A stretch of 64,000 bases of DNA from an uncultured virus (IMG/VR IMGVR_UViG_3300005337_000018) (taxonomy: Duplodnaviria > Heunggongvirae > Uroviricota > Caudoviricetes). Shown in pieces: positions 19,205 to 28,055 of the stretch (position 1 is the stretch's first letter; the number at the start of each line of letters is the position of its first letter). The notes beneath the pieces were generated by a model. That model saw nothing but the letters and a program-made list of their open reading frames with translations, did not search any database and was not told where the DNA came from. Location of the stretch: IMG/VR virus record IMGVR_UViG_3300005337_000018, one strand, 5' to 3'. A program made the position numbers and the translations under genes.

Positions 19205-20185
19205 TCAGAACGCAAGCTTCGTGGCGTCGTCCTCGTCCGCGTAGCGCGCGAACGGGTCACCGACCTCGTATTCGTTGTGCAGCATGTCCTTGGCACCCTT
19301 CCAATTCCCGTCCTGCATCTCGAAACAGGGGTTGCGGAACGGGCAGGACTTGCACTGCCAGGAGACGTGGAACGGCACGATCAACTCCGGCTTGACCGCC
19401 TTGGCATCCAGCATCGCCTTGGTGGCCACCAGGTCGGTCACCTGTGCCCGGATGTTCATCGCGGCAGCCCGGAGGTTCGCATCCGATACCGTGCGCTCGA
19501 TGATGCCGTAGAACGGCGGGTTGGCCGTCTTGGTCCGCTTAACCTTGCGGAGCAACGTAATGACATAGCCCGCCGACCATTGCTCGGCCGGGGCTTGCTG
19601 TCGCTCGAGGAGGAGGTACAGCCGGAGTTGTGGGGTCTGGTAGAAATTGCCGATCGTGTCCGGTGAGAGCGAACTCGTCGTCTTGAAATCGTTCACCAGG
19701 ACCGCGTTGTCCGAACGTCGCCGGAGCCGTTGGTCCAGCTTCCCGCGGAGCAGCACCGCGATCGGTTCCTCATCGATGCCGACCGGCACCATCAGTACCT
19801 CGGACAGCTTGCTCTCGACGGAGAGCACCTCGTACTTCTGGTCGAACCCATACTCCTCGAGCCAGTCGGGGAACCCCTCCAGCATGATATGGCCCAGTTC
19901 GGCTTCCTTCACCAGACCGTCGGTGAACAACCCCAGCTCGTTGGCCCGATTGAAATCGGCTGTCATCAGCGCGTCGTAGGCGTCTTCCGGCTTCTCGACC
20001 TCGCCCCGTCCCCAGCGCTCGAGCGCCGCGTGGATCCGCGACCCGAACGGCAACGGGCCGTCCAGGGGCTCGGCCTTGCGCTTGAGTCGCAGGTAGGTCC
20101 CGAGGTACCACGAGCGTGGACAGTTGGTGAACCGCTGCAGGTCCGAGTAGGACGTGACCGGCTCGGTCGCCGGGTTGTGTGTCAT
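19205..20185 (-). CDS. Cas4-like PD-(D/E)XK exonuclease
   Basis: SYSDL..F..CPR, GSRIH, RGKLD...VNDFKT, QLRLY, CKSCPFRNPC. Confidence 0.85.
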   Translation of the reverse strand: MTHNPATEPVTSYSDLQRFTNCPRSWYLGTYLRLKRKAEPLDGPLPFGSRIHAALERWGRGEVEKPEDAYDALMTADFNRANELGLFTDGLVKEAELGHIMLEGFPDWLEEYGFDQKYEVLSVESKLSEVLMVPVGIDEEPIAVLLRGKLDQRLRRRSDNAVLVNDFKTTSSLSPDTIGNFYQTPQLRLYLLLERQQAPAEQWSAGYVITLLRKVKRTKTANPPFYGIIERTVSDANLRAAAMNIRAQVTDLVATKAMLDAKAVKPELIVPFHVSWQCKSCPFRNPCFEMQDGNWKGAKDMLHNEYEVGDPFARYADEDDATKLAF

Positions 20186-20222
20186 TCCGGCAGAGTACAC
20201 CCGCACTCAACAATAACCCGGG

Positions 20223-20618
20223 TTATCGGTGCCAGTCCATGACATCGATGACTACCCAGGTGAGGATTGCCCACACAGGTGCCATGACCACACCGACGAC
20301 CAGGGCCTGCAGCACGGACGACGACCAGCCCGACGTCTGGACCAGAGCGAGGATGAACGTGGCTACCGGCATGGGCAACCCCCAGATCAACACGACGTTC
20401 TTGCGTCGCCAGCGTTTCTGGATCCGCGACAGCAGGACGCTGGCGATCCAGAACGGGTTGAGGATGGAGAACCCCATCGCGGCCAGTGCCGCAGTGCCGA
20501 TGGTGTCGCCGGGGTTGGCATTCAGCAGCAGCACTGCGTAGACGCTGGCCATCACCATCAGCGGCACCGGTAGGAAATCGACCAGGTTGATTCGTTCCCG
20601 AGCTTTCTGCAGCATCAT
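20223..20618 (-). CDS. Multi-pass membrane protein
   Basis: About four hydrophobic segments. Confidence 0.65.
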   Translation of the reverse strand: MMLQKARERINLVDFLPVPLMVMASVYAVLLLNANPGDTIGTAALAAMGFSILNPFWIASVLLSRIQKRWRRKNVVLIWGLPMPVATFILALVQTSGWSSSVLQALVVGVVMAPVWAILTWVVIDVMDWHR

Positions 20619-21142
20619 CCCTCCCGCTTGGCGGAGTAGTACGCACGGCCCGGCTCGAGGACAACCTGGACATGGAAGACGTACTTGTCAGGGCAAATGG
20701 AATCCTTCACGAACGTGCAGGTCCGGATACCCACGAAGTAGTGCACGACGACGTGGTAGCCGTAAACGGTCTTGGACGAGATCGGATGGCGGGCAGCATC
20801 AGCCGGGCCGATCTTGTAGTCGACCTTGTCCGTCACGCCGTCCTGCGTCTGAATGCTCCCGGTGATCCCGGACAGTTTGTTCCGGGTGAGCGCGCCACCG
20901 GACCAGCAGACGTGGACATTGAATGTCCCCTTGGCCAGCAGGACCCCGGCAATACCGCCCCGGGCATACGTCCTCGAGAATGACCCACAGCCCTTGCCGA
21001 CGGTCGCGTCATTCGGGCTGACGGTGATAGGGCCGACGATGGGACCGGGAATGGCGGCATTGCTCATGCCGCCTCCCAGGAGCAGGGACCCGAGGAGTCC
21101 CAAGACCACGATCAGTGTTCGAGCCATTCCGGAGCGTGTCAT
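20615..21142 (-). CDS. Secreted/exported hypothetical protein
   Basis: Signal-peptide-like N-terminus; paired Cys residues. Confidence 0.6.
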   Translation of the reverse strand: MTRSGMARTLIVVLGLLGSLLLGGGMSNAAIPGPIVGPITVSPNDATVGKGCGSFSRTYARGGIAGVLLAKGTFNVHVCWSGGALTRNKLSGITGSIQTQDGVTDKVDYKIGPADAARHPISSKTVYGYHVVVHYFVGIRTCTFVKDSICPDKYVFHVQVVLEPGRAYYSAKREG

Positions 21143-21166
21143 TCCGGGAGAGTAACACCCGCTCAA

Positions 21167-21367
21167 CTAAACGTCATCTTGGAGGTAGTTCTCGTACATC
21201 TCTGCGATGTCGGTCCCGACACGCTTGGTGAGCACACTGAGCATGTCTTTGTCGGACAGTCCAGTCCTGTCCTGCAGCATGTCGATCTGCCACATCAAGT
21301 CGTCCATGAGCGAGTCGAGACTCATCTCGACTTCCTTGGTGTCCTTCTTCGGCTTGGCTTTCATCAC
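21167..21367 (-). CDS. Hypothetical protein
   Basis: GTGA overlap; AAGGAGGG RBS. Confidence 0.55.
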   Translation of the reverse strand: MMKAKPKKDTKEVEMSLDSLMDDLMWQIDMLQDRTGLSDKDMLSVLTKRVGTDIAEMYENYLQDDV

Positions 21368-21660
21368 CCCTCCTTCCTCCCGCAGTAGGGCACGTCCAGC
21401 TCGATGGCCCGGAGCAGTTGCGGTGGCTTGGCCCCGTTGTCGGTGCCGGACAGCGTCGACCAGAACCCCGTGAAGTCCACGCAGAACCGGACCACGTTCG
21501 GGACGTTGTCGGCGTTGCGGAACACCTGGACCTTGGTGGCATCACTGATCTGGTCCGGCTTCTTGCCGTTACCGGCGTCCCGGTCGTTGTCGGCCGACGA
21601 ACCGCACCCGGTCAACACCACTGCCAGCGCAGCGGCAACGGCGAGCACGCGGGTCCTCAT
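21364..21660 (-). CDS. Putative lipoprotein
   Basis: MRTRVLAVAAALAVV-LTGC lipobox. Confidence 0.7.
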   Translation of the reverse strand: MRTRVLAVAAALAVVLTGCGSSADNDRDAGNGKKPDQISDATKVQVFRNADNVPNVVRFCVDFTGFWSTLSGTDNGAKPPQLLRAIELDVPYCGRKEG

Positions 21661-21845
21661 GCGTACAGGTTCGGGTAGAGCCGGGTACCCAGGGGTGGGG
21701 ACCACATTCCCCCACCGATCTTGATCTTGATCCCGCCGTCCACCGTGATGGCGACCTCACGACCGGCCTCGGCCGCCCGCAAGACGTCGGCGGCCACGGC
21801 TTGCGCCTCGCGCGCCGACAGCACGTAAATGTCTTCTCGGTTCAT
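21657..21845 (-). CDS. Hypothetical protein
   Basis: GGAAGGGG RBS; coupled to its neighbour. Confidence 0.55.
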   Translation of the reverse strand: MNREDIYVLSAREAQAVAADVLRAAEAGREVAITVDGGIKIKIGGGMWSPPLGTRLYPNLYA

Positions 21846-21846
21846 G

Positions 21847-22056
21847 TCATTCCCCTTCCGCGTAGCGGATTCGGCGACGGCGAGGTGCCGTCGACCGGTG
21901 GTACTTCACCGCCGCTGCCCGCGCTCGAGCGGGCAGGTAGGCGACGATGATCTTGTGGATCCACATCCAGTAGGAGCGGACCAGGAACGGGACGATCAGC
22001 CGGTCGGTCCAGGGCTCGCGGATGTTGGTTCGGTGTTCGATCCAGGTGTAGGTCAT
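21847..22056 (-). CDS. Hypothetical protein
   Basis: MTYTWIEHR; ATGA overlap. Confidence 0.5.
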   Translation of the reverse strand: MTYTWIEHRTNIREPWTDRLIVPFLVRSYWMWIHKIIVAYLPARARAAAVKYHRSTAPRRRRIRYAEGE

Positions 22057-22205
22057 CGCACGGCTCCCTTCCGGTGCTGCCAGCACCGCTTGTGGGGCTC
22101 GCCGGAGGTCTGAATGACACGGCGACGACAGGGGTTCAGCCAGGCGACCACCTTGCCGCCGATCCTGGGACCGCGGATCGGAAACCCACACTCGGCCGTG
22201 GCCAT
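22053..22205 (-). CDS. Small Cys/His hypothetical protein
   Basis: MATAECG...RCWQH; coupled to its neighbours. Confidence 0.45.
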   Translation of the reverse strand: MATAECGFPIRGPRIGGKVVAWLNPCRRRVIQTSGEPHKRCWQHRKGAVR

Positions 22206-22471
22206 CACCAGCCACCTTCCTTCACGCCGTAGTGCTCCGGCTGGTCGCACCGGTGGACGTGAGCGCCACCGGCCGCGTAAACCGGCATCACCCGGTAGGT
22301 CCCCTGCCCGTTGTTCAGGACGTTGGCCGGGTACCACTTGCCGGTGCGCTCGGACCTGACCAGCGTGATCAGGAACCCGCACCCGCGGATGCAGGGCTTC
22401 ACCTTGACCCGCTCGGCCGCCCGTTGCCGGGCCATGCTTGCGTTGGCCGCCGCGTTCCAGTCGGTCATCAC
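22205..22471 (-). CDS. Hypothetical zinc-binding protein
   Basis: CIRGCG...HVHRC; GGAGG RBS. Confidence 0.55.
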   Translation of the reverse strand: MMTDWNAAANASMARQRAAERVKVKPCIRGCGFLITLVRSERTGKWYPANVLNNGQGTYRVMPVYAAGGAHVHRCDQPEHYGVKEGGW

Positions 22472-22890
22472 GCACCTCCGACGGCGACCGCGGTCGGGTA
22501 GTCGGTGATGAAACCGCCGTGGCCGTAGTCGTTCTTGGGGAGCAGGTAGTGCTTGTCGTCGCTTCCCAGCAGCATGGTCATCCCAGCCGGGACGTCGGCG
22601 TGCCAGTCGCCGTAGGCCGCGCGGACCTTGACCTCACCGGCGTCCAGCCGGGCCCGAATGACATCGGCCTTGGCCTGGGAGGCAGCCGCGCCGTCCCGGC
22701 AGGCGTCGCCGTGCACCCCGCGCAAACCACCGCGGACCTTGTAGCACGGCGCGCAGTAGGCCGGAGCCGGGCAGTAGTGGAGACCGCTGACCTTGTAGGG
22801 GCACTTGCGCTTCCGGACACCACCGGCCTGCCCGCAACGGTCGCAGACCAGTCGTCCCGCGTAGTCGAAGCAATAACCCATGTCACTCAC
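22468..22890 (-). CDS. Cys-rich hypothetical protein
   Basis: CDRC...CPYK...CAPC; overlaps the upstream stop. Confidence 0.6.
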   Translation of the reverse strand: MSDMGYCFDYAGRLVCDRCGQAGGVRKRKCPYKVSGLHYCPAPAYCAPCYKVRGGLRGVHGDACRDGAAASQAKADVIRARLDAGEVKVRAAYGDWHADVPAGMTMLLGSDDKHYLLPKNDYGHGGFITDYPTAVAVGGA

Positions 22891-23233
22891 CCTTCCCGGC
22901 GAAGTAGCGTTCCTTCTCGGCGAACATCATCTCGGCCCACGCGACGGTCTCGGCGCGGTCGTCACACGCAACGGCCCGGCCCTCGGCCACGATCCGGTCG
23001 TTCTGGTCCAGGTAGTCCTGGACGGTGAAGTGCTCACGCCCGGCGAACCGCTTGGCCAGGAAGTCAGCGTGAGCCTTGCGGGCCCGAGTCTTCCGGGCGG
23101 CCAGCGCCGCCTTGGTGACCAGTTTGTAACCAACGCCGTAGCAGGCGAAGCAGACCCCGTAGCCGTGGTAGTGCCCGGTCCCGTCGCACCGGTGGCACTG
23201 GACCCGGACCTTCTCGGCTCCCTTGGTGGCCAT
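22883..23233 (-). CDS. Hypothetical protein with CxxCxGxG zinc finger
   Basis: CHRCDGTG...CFACYGVG; AGGAGG RBS. Confidence 0.65.
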   Translation of the reverse strand: MATKGAEKVRVQCHRCDGTGHYHGYGVCFACYGVGYKLVTKAALAARKTRARKAHADFLAKRFAGREHFTVQDYLDQNDRIVAEGRAVACDDRAETVAWAEMMFAEKERYFAGKGE

Positions 23234-23269
23234 GGGAACCTCCTCTCACCGAACCAACCTGACACCGTC

Positions 23270-23299
23270 AGTGTAGCATCTGGTACCACTTGACAGCAA
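23270..23299 (-). promoter_or_regulatory. Cassette-family promoter
   Basis: TTGCTG-18 bp-TACACT with TGGTACCAGATGCTAC. Confidence 0.6.
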
Positions 23300-23300
23300 G

Positions 23301-23657
23301 TCACTCCCACGGGCCGTAGTGCTCGTGGACAACAGCCATCCGATGGGCCTCGGCCACGGTGTATCGGGTGACGGCCGCGGGATCGATGTTGCCCAGCCGG
23401 TAGTAGTACGCAGCGGGCAACCTGACGTCGTTCCCGTTGCTCTGGTCGATCACCCAGACGACCTCGGTGGCGAACCCCGGAATCCGGATGGTCTCGGTGT
23501 ACTCGATCCAGGCGTGGCCGTAGCGCACGCCCTCGATCTTTCCCTGGCCCAGCGGGTATCCGTGGCACACGCGGTAGGCCGCGTTGTCTTCCGGCAGGTC
23601 CAGGGTGAACTCCAAGGCGACGACGAAGCAGTCGCCGTCTCCGGTGGGCATCTTCAT
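23301..23657 (-). CDS. Hypothetical protein with a Cys-His pair (GDC...HAW), possibly papain/transglutaminase-like fold
   Basis: GDGDCF and RYGHAWIE motifs; GAGGAG RBS. Confidence 0.55.
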   Translation of the reverse strand: MKMPTGDGDCFVVALEFTLDLPEDNAAYRVCHGYPLGQGKIEGVRYGHAWIEYTETIRIPGFATEVVWVIDQSNGNDVRLPAAYYYRLGNIDPAAVTRYTVAEAHRMAVVHEHYGPWE

Positions 23658-23681
23658 GGCGGGGCTCCTCTCTGCTACCCA

Positions 23682-23711
23682 ATGGTAGCACGTGCTACTC
23701 GCGGACAGCAA
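23682..23711 (-). promoter_or_regulatory. Cassette-family promoter
   Basis: TTGCTG-18 bp-TACCAT with the palindrome GTAGCACGTGCTAC. Confidence 0.7.
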
Positions 23712-23747
23712 TCGACCCGGCCCTTCGGCCGGGTCGAGTCTGGTCGA

Positions 23748-24206
23748 TCAGCGAGCGTCGATCGCCGCGTCCGCGGCCACTCCGAGGAATGACACCTGCG
23801 CCACCGGAGCACCGAGGACTTCGGCGTGGTACTTGGCCGCGCCGGTTGCGTACAGGTACCCCCCACTCCACTCGTGCGGGTTGGCACCCACGGCTTGCAG
23901 GGCTCGCCAGCTCACCGGATCGGCCATCCGGTACCGCACACCGTCGGCCGGAGCGTTCCAGCCCGCGGGCTTGTAGACGTCGCCGGTCATTCGGTTGACG
24001 AACAGGTGGACCGACCCGCCGTCACCGAGACCGTTGCTGTGGCTGTGGGACACGTACCGCATAGAGACCTTGGCGTACTTCCGGCCGACCGGCTGGACGA
24101 CCTCGAAGTAGCAGTAGTCCGGCTTCATCAGGTTGAGCGCGGCCAGGTGCTCCTCGAGCCGGGATTGCAGGACCGGCGTGGCCATCACAACGGGGACAGT
24201 GGTCAT
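23748..24206 (-). CDS. Phage hypothetical protein
   Basis: GRKYAKV...VHLFVNRMTGDVYKPAGWNAPA pattern; GAGGAG RBS. Confidence 0.65.
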   Translation of the reverse strand: MTTVPVVMATPVLQSRLEEHLAALNLMKPDYCYFEVVQPVGRKYAKVSMRYVSHSHSNGLGDGGSVHLFVNRMTGDVYKPAGWNAPADGVRYRMADPVSWRALQAVGANPHEWSGGYLYATGAAKYHAEVLGAPVAQVSFLGVAADAAIDAR

Positions 24207-24308
24207 GTCATTCTCTCCTCTGGTTGGGGCCGCTCGCACAGCGGCCACTGGGGGCAAACGTCGGCGTAGTCACTTTGGTCGGCCCGGGTGGGCCGACCGC
24301 AGCGGCAC

Positions 24309-24521
24309 TTATCCGGCATGGTGGTGGCGGTGGTCCTTCCACTCGGCGGCCGGAACCCACTGGCCGCAGGTCGCGCACCCGATGGTCGGGACCGGGACAG
24401 CAGCGGTGGTGTAGTCGACCGGCTCGTTGCAGCACGCGGTGTAACCCTGGTCCAGCGGGTGAATCCAGTCGATCGCGGTGGTCCCGCACCCGGTGCACTG
24501 CAGAACGGTGATGGTGTCCAC
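24309..24521 (-). CDS. Small Cys/His-rich protein
   Basis: CTGCG...CC...CATCG...H; follows a promoter-hairpin-RBS unit. Confidence 0.55.
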   Translation of the reverse strand: MDTITVLQCTGCGTTAIDWIHPLDQGYTACCNEPVDYTTAAVPVPTIGCATCGQWVPAAEWKDHRHHHAG

Positions 24522-24559
24522 GACGCTCCCTCCCGCGGGGGCTCTCCCCGCTCACCTCG

Positions 24560-24589
24560 ATGGTACCACGTGCTAGCTCTCGCTAGCAA
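24560..24589 (-). promoter_or_regulatory. Cassette-family promoter
   Basis: TTGCTA-18 bp-TACCAT. Confidence 0.7.
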
Positions 24590-24598
24590 CGTGGTGGT

Positions 24599-25021
24599 TC
24601 AACCCATCGCCACGGTGGCTTGGGCCTCGGCGACCTGGTCGGCCGTCGGGTTGGTGGCGGTCAGGTAGATCAGCGCCGTGTAGGTCTCGGCGAGGGTGGG
24701 GGCTTTGAACCCGGTCAGGTGCCGGATGGCTTCGGCCATCACCGGCTTCCGAGTCTTCCGGCCCGGCACCCGGAGCCAGACCCGCGCACCGGCTTTGGTG
24801 CCCCGGGCGAAGTAACCCGGGGTCTCGGCCAGCACACCGACGATCACGGTGCCGTCGGCCATCTTGACCCGGACCGGCCGGTTGGCGGTCCGGTAGAGGA
24901 CGCCGTGCCGTTCCTTCCAGGTCATCTTGGCGGGCAGCGCGATGGCGAACTCGGTGCCGGTGGGCAACGCTCGGACCTGATCGTAGGTCTTGACGGCGAC
25001 CGGCTTGGGGGCGGTGGTCAT
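24599..25021 (-). CDS. Hypothetical protein
   Basis: AGGAGG RBS after a promoter and hairpin. Confidence 0.6.
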   Translation of the reverse strand: MTTAPKPVAVKTYDQVRALPTGTEFAIALPAKMTWKERHGVLYRTANRPVRVKMADGTVIVGVLAETPGYFARGTKAGARVWLRVPGRKTRKPVMAEAIRHLTGFKAPTLAETYTALIYLTATNPTADQVAEAQATVAMG

Positions 25022-25066
25022 GGTGACCACCTCCTCTCTGGCGGGGGCCCTCCCCGCTCCACCTTG

Positions 25067-25096
25067 ATGGTACCACGTGCTAGCGACCGCTAGCAA
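25067..25096 (-). promoter_or_regulatory. Cassette-family promoter
   Basis: TTGCTA-18 bp-TACCAT. Confidence 0.7.
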
Positions 25097-25099
25097 CTC

Positions 25100-25462
25100 T
25101 CACATGGTCCGCCACTCGCCCTTGTCGTCGCGGTACTGAATCTCGACCGCACCGGCGTTCGGCCGTCCGAAATCGTCCAGCGGGCCGAACACGGACTCCT
25201 CGTCCATCGCCCACGGGGACGCGCCGTCCGCGGTCATCAGGTGGCCGACGTAGTACAGGGTGCCGTCGTCGTCCAGCATCCGGAACTCGTGGACCTTGGC
25301 TGCGTTGATCTTGGGGTGGCGCAGGACTTCCAGCATGGAATCCGGCGCGTTCCGCGGGCCCTCGGTCCCGGCTTGTGACCACTGCTCCCGCGGGAAGTCC
25401 GGATCGTCCTTGCCGAACAGAACGTCTCGGCTGATCCGCCAGGCGTAGGTGCTCTCGGTCAT
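25100..25462 (-). CDS. Phage hypothetical protein
   Basis: FRMLDDDGTLYYVG...FGPLDDFG pattern; GGAG RBS. Confidence 0.65.
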   Translation of the reverse strand: MTESTYAWRISRDVLFGKDDPDFPREQWSQAGTEGPRNAPDSMLEVLRHPKINAAKVHEFRMLDDDGTLYYVGHLMTADGASPWAMDEESVFGPLDDFGRPNAGAVEIQYRDDKGEWRTM

Positions 25463-25463
25463 G

Positions 25464-25706
25464 TCATTCTCCATTCGTGAAGTTGCTTGTGGGGACCTGG
25501 GACCAGACCTGGCCGCAGCGCTCGCACTTGTAGTGGACGCCGTCCCAAGTATCGAGCGGGCTACCGCTCTCGTCGTGCTGGTCGGTGCCGTCGGCATCAC
25601 TGGCGTAGAACCCGTCGGTGTCGGCGCGGTTCTTGCAGTCACAGATCAACTGGTCGCCGTAGGGGTCCTCGACGGACTGGGGGATGGGCTTGACTGGCTT
25701 TGTCAT
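25464..25706 (-). CDS. Small zinc-binding protein
   Basis: CDCKN...CERCG. Confidence 0.6.
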   Translation of the reverse strand: MTKPVKPIPQSVEDPYGDQLICDCKNRADTDGFYASDADGTDQHDESGSPLDTWDGVHYKCERCGQVWSQVPTSNFTNGE

Positions 25707-25716
25707 GTCATTCCTC

Positions 25717-26007
25717 TCAGGTGATCTTGACGTTGCCGAGACGGTTGACGACCAGGTTGGCGTACCAGCGGCGGTCGCGCTCGGGGTCGGGGCCGACGAC
25801 GACGTAGGTCACGCCCGGCTTGGCCTCGGTGGTCGGGAAGACGTTGCCGTCGCCGAACAGGCTGGTCTCGTACAGGAGCACCTGGTCCGGGGCCTCGGCA
25901 ACCGCGCGCTTGAACGCGGCCTTGGTCTTGTAGTTGCGAACCGGCTTGCCGGTCTTGGGGTCTCGGCCGATCTTCTCGGGCATCGCGCCGGTGTTGACGA
26001 ACGTCAT
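25717..26007 (-). CDS. Phage hypothetical protein
   Basis: YKTKAAFK...VVGPDP...RWYA pattern; GAGGAG RBS. Confidence 0.65.
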   Translation of the reverse strand: MTFVNTGAMPEKIGRDPKTGKPVRNYKTKAAFKRAVAEAPDQVLLYETSLFGDGNVFPTTEAKPGVTYVVVGPDPERDRRWYANLVVNRLGNVKIT

Positions 26008-26057
26008 GACGACTCCTCTCGTGGGTGGTGGGGGCGGCGACCCCGCCCCGCACCTCG

Positions 26058-26087
26058 ATGGTAGCACGTGCTATCAGTCGCTAGCAA
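26058..26087 (-). promoter_or_regulatory. Cassette-family promoter
   Basis: TTGCTA-18 bp-TACCAT with TAGCACGTGCTA. Confidence 0.7.
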
Positions 26088-26092
26088 CTCGA

Positions 26093-26278
26093 TCAGCGCC
26101 ACACGGCGTGTCCCTGCGGGTAGTTCCGGGTGGGCACGTGCCTGCCGGTCGGGGAGTCCTCGCACTCGTCGGACTCCTCGTCCCACCAGTGGGCGGCTCC
26201 CGACTGGCGGACGATGAACACCCCGCAGTGAGCGCAGTTGGCCCAATACTCGGTCGGGCGGGCGGATGCGTAGGTCAT
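26093..26278 (-). CDS. Small Cys/His protein
   Basis: CAHCG; AAGGGG RBS. Confidence 0.5.
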   Translation of the reverse strand: MTYASARPTEYWANCAHCGVFIVRQSGAAHWWDEESDECEDSPTGRHVPTRNYPQGHAVWR

Positions 26279-26279
26279 G

Positions 26280-26534
26280 TCATTCCCCTTCCTGGGCTTG
26301 ACGCTTGGCGGTGGGCCGGTGGTACCGGGCCCGGTTTCGGTGGGGGGCAGCAGCGTTACCGCGGCGCAGCCCCTGGACCCGCTGGACCTTGCCGCCCCAC
26401 ATGGCGGCCAGGTCGGTGGCGGTCATCTGGGCGACCATCCGCTCGCCCTGGGGCTCCCAGCACGGGAAGCACAGGTCACCCGGGAAGACCTCGAGCGGGT
26501 GGACGGGGCTATCGCACTTCTTGCAGGTGGCCAT
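26280..26534 (-). CDS. Small zinc-finger protein
   Basis: CKKC...CFPC; GAGAGGGG RBS. Confidence 0.55.
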   Translation of the reverse strand: MATCKKCDSPVHPLEVFPGDLCFPCWEPQGERMVAQMTATDLAAMWGGKVQRVQGLRRGNAAAPHRNRARYHRPTAKRQAQEGE

Positions 26535-26535
26535 G

Positions 26536-26682
26536 TCAGACCCCCTCTCGGTGCTTGGTGATCCTGCGGAGGATGCCTTTCCAACCGGCAGGCTTGATGT
26601 TCGCCCACCCGCAGGTGCACTGGGCGAAGAACACTCCCTCCCGGGCACCGTGCTCGGTGATGGTGACGTCGTGGGTGGCCAT
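26536..26682 (-). CDS. Small Cys/His protein (48 aa)
   Basis: MATHDV...CTCGW...H; fills the gap; AAGGGG RBS. Confidence 0.5.
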   Translation of the reverse strand: MATHDVTITEHGAREGVFFAQCTCGWANIKPAGWKGILRRITKHREGV

Positions 26683-26683
26683 G

Positions 26684-26800
26684 TCAGACCCCTTTCTTGG
26701 GCTTGGGCTTGGGGGCCAGGACCGGCACCCCGTTGATCAGCGCCAGAACCTTGGTCCTGGTCGCGGTGGCGAGTGGCTTGGTCATCACAGCGGCGGTCAC
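26684..26800 (-). CDS. Small basic peptide
   Basis: GTGA overlap; ends PKPKPKKGV. Confidence 0.35.
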   Translation of the reverse strand: MTAAVMTKPLATATRTKVLALINGVPVLAPKPKPKKGV

Positions 26801-26949
26801 AGCACACCAGCCCTCAGCGGGTTGGCGGTCCAGACGACCAGACCGGTGAACAGCCCGTCGGCCATCAGGGTCAGACCCAGTAGACCCGGGGCGAAGGCCA
26901 TGACCATCGCGGTGACGGCGACGGCGACCAGGAGGAGGAAGAACCTCAT
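26797..26949 (-). CDS. Small two-TM membrane protein
   Basis: MRFFLLLVAVAVTAMVMAFAPGLLGLTLM; follows a promoter-hairpin-RBS unit. Confidence 0.55.
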   Translation of the reverse strand: MRFFLLLVAVAVTAMVMAFAPGLLGLTLMADGLFTGLVVWTANPLRAGVL

Positions 26950-26990
26950 GACGCTCCCCTCTGGGCGGGACCACCCCGCCCTACGACTCA

Positions 26991-27020
26991 ATGGTAGCAG
27001 GTGCTACCAGTCGCTAGCAA
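26991..27020 (-). promoter_or_regulatory. Cassette-family promoter
   Basis: TTGCTA-18 bp-TACCAT with TGGTAGCACCTGCTACCA. Confidence 0.7.
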
Positions 27021-27046
27021 CACACCATGCCTCGGTGTGTCGGGGA

Positions 27047-27247
27047 TCACCCGTTGGGTTCGTCCAGTTTGCCCTTCACCCACGTCGCCCAGAACGTCAC
27101 GCTGGTGCGACAGTGCTTGCAGGTGACCGCATTCAAGTCAGTGGTGAAGTGGCCGCGGATCAGCCAGCGATTGCACGCGGTCTTCTGCCGACCACGATGG
27201 CTCACCGGCTGTCCGGCGTCCAGGTGGACTTTCGTCGGCTCAGTCAT
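27047..27247 (-). CDS. Small zinc-binding protein
   Basis: VH...TAC...VTCKHC. Confidence 0.55.
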   Translation of the reverse strand: MTEPTKVHLDAGQPVSHRGRQKTACNRWLIRGHFTTDLNAVTCKHCRTSVTFWATWVKGKLDEPNG

Positions 27248-27524
27248 TCGGGCCACCGACCAGCAGGCTCATCTGGTACTCGTGCTCGCCGTGCTCCCGG
27301 CAGTACGGCAGGTCGGCCACCTGCATCACGGCCGGGTCCCCGCACTGGGCATGGAACCCAAGGTCCCAGACGCAGTAGCCGTGCAGCTCGGCCACGGTGG
27401 TGCCGGTGGACTCGGCCTGGTCGGCACAGCCCGGGCACAGCGGCCGGTCGTGGGCCACGGTCCGGTAGGCCGCCTCCTCGCCGCAGACGTCGCACTTGAC
27501 GCTCTCGATGACGTCAATGTCCAT
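27240..27524 (-). CDS. Cys-rich hypothetical protein
   Basis: CDVC...CPGC...YCREH. Confidence 0.55.
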   Translation of the reverse strand: MDIDVIESVKCDVCGEEAAYRTVAHDRPLCPGCADQAESTGTTVAELHGYCVWDLGFHAQCGDPAVMQVADLPYCREHGEHEYQMSLLVGGPND

Positions 27525-27525
27525 G

Positions 27526-27807
27526 TCATTCGCCGTCCGGACTCGGCAACCCGCGGAACGGGTCATTCTCCGGCGCTGGCCGCAACTGTCGGACCTGGAA
27601 CACCACGCGGCGAGCGAGGTTCCACGCTTTGACGTGCTGGTGGACAGCAACCCCGGCGATCACCTCACCGGCGATCACGTCGGCCACGTCCAGCATCGTG
27701 GCCCGGGCGGAGCCGGTCTGGTTCATCGCGGTCAGTAGCGCGTCGCAGGCGTCCAGCGTGCGCTCGGCCGCCTGACTCGCGGTCAGTTCGATTGTCTTCA
27801 TTGTCAT
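27526..27807 (-). CDS. Hypothetical protein
   Basis: GAGGAGG RBS; ATGA overlap. Confidence 0.55.
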   Translation of the reverse strand: MTMKTIELTASQAAERTLDACDALLTAMNQTGSARATMLDVADVIAGEVIAGVAVHQHVKAWNLARRVVFQVRQLRPAPENDPFRGLPSPDGE

Positions 27808-28055
27808 CTGATCCTCCTCAGATCGTCGTAGTCGTCGTTCTCCGGCCAGACGTCGTCGCCGGTGAACAGTGCCGCGTGGTCCGCGCAGAGCCACAGCGTG
27901 GACGTGGTGTGGTAGTACCAGGCCGGAGCCCGGCACCCCGCACCCTCGGACTCCCAGGTCTGCGGCTCGACCTGGAAGTCACACTCGTGGGGCTCGGCGA
28001 CCTCGTCTTCCGTTGCCAGCAGGACGGTGTCGATCTCGGTGATGGGTTCGAGCAT
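27804..28055 (-). CDS. Small acidic Cys/His protein
   Basis: MLEPITE...LCADH; coupled to its neighbours. Confidence 0.5.
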   Translation of the reverse strand: MLEPITEIDTVLLATEDEVAEPHECDFQVEPQTWESEGAGCRAPAWYYHTTSTLWLCADHAALFTGDDVWPENDDYDDLRRIR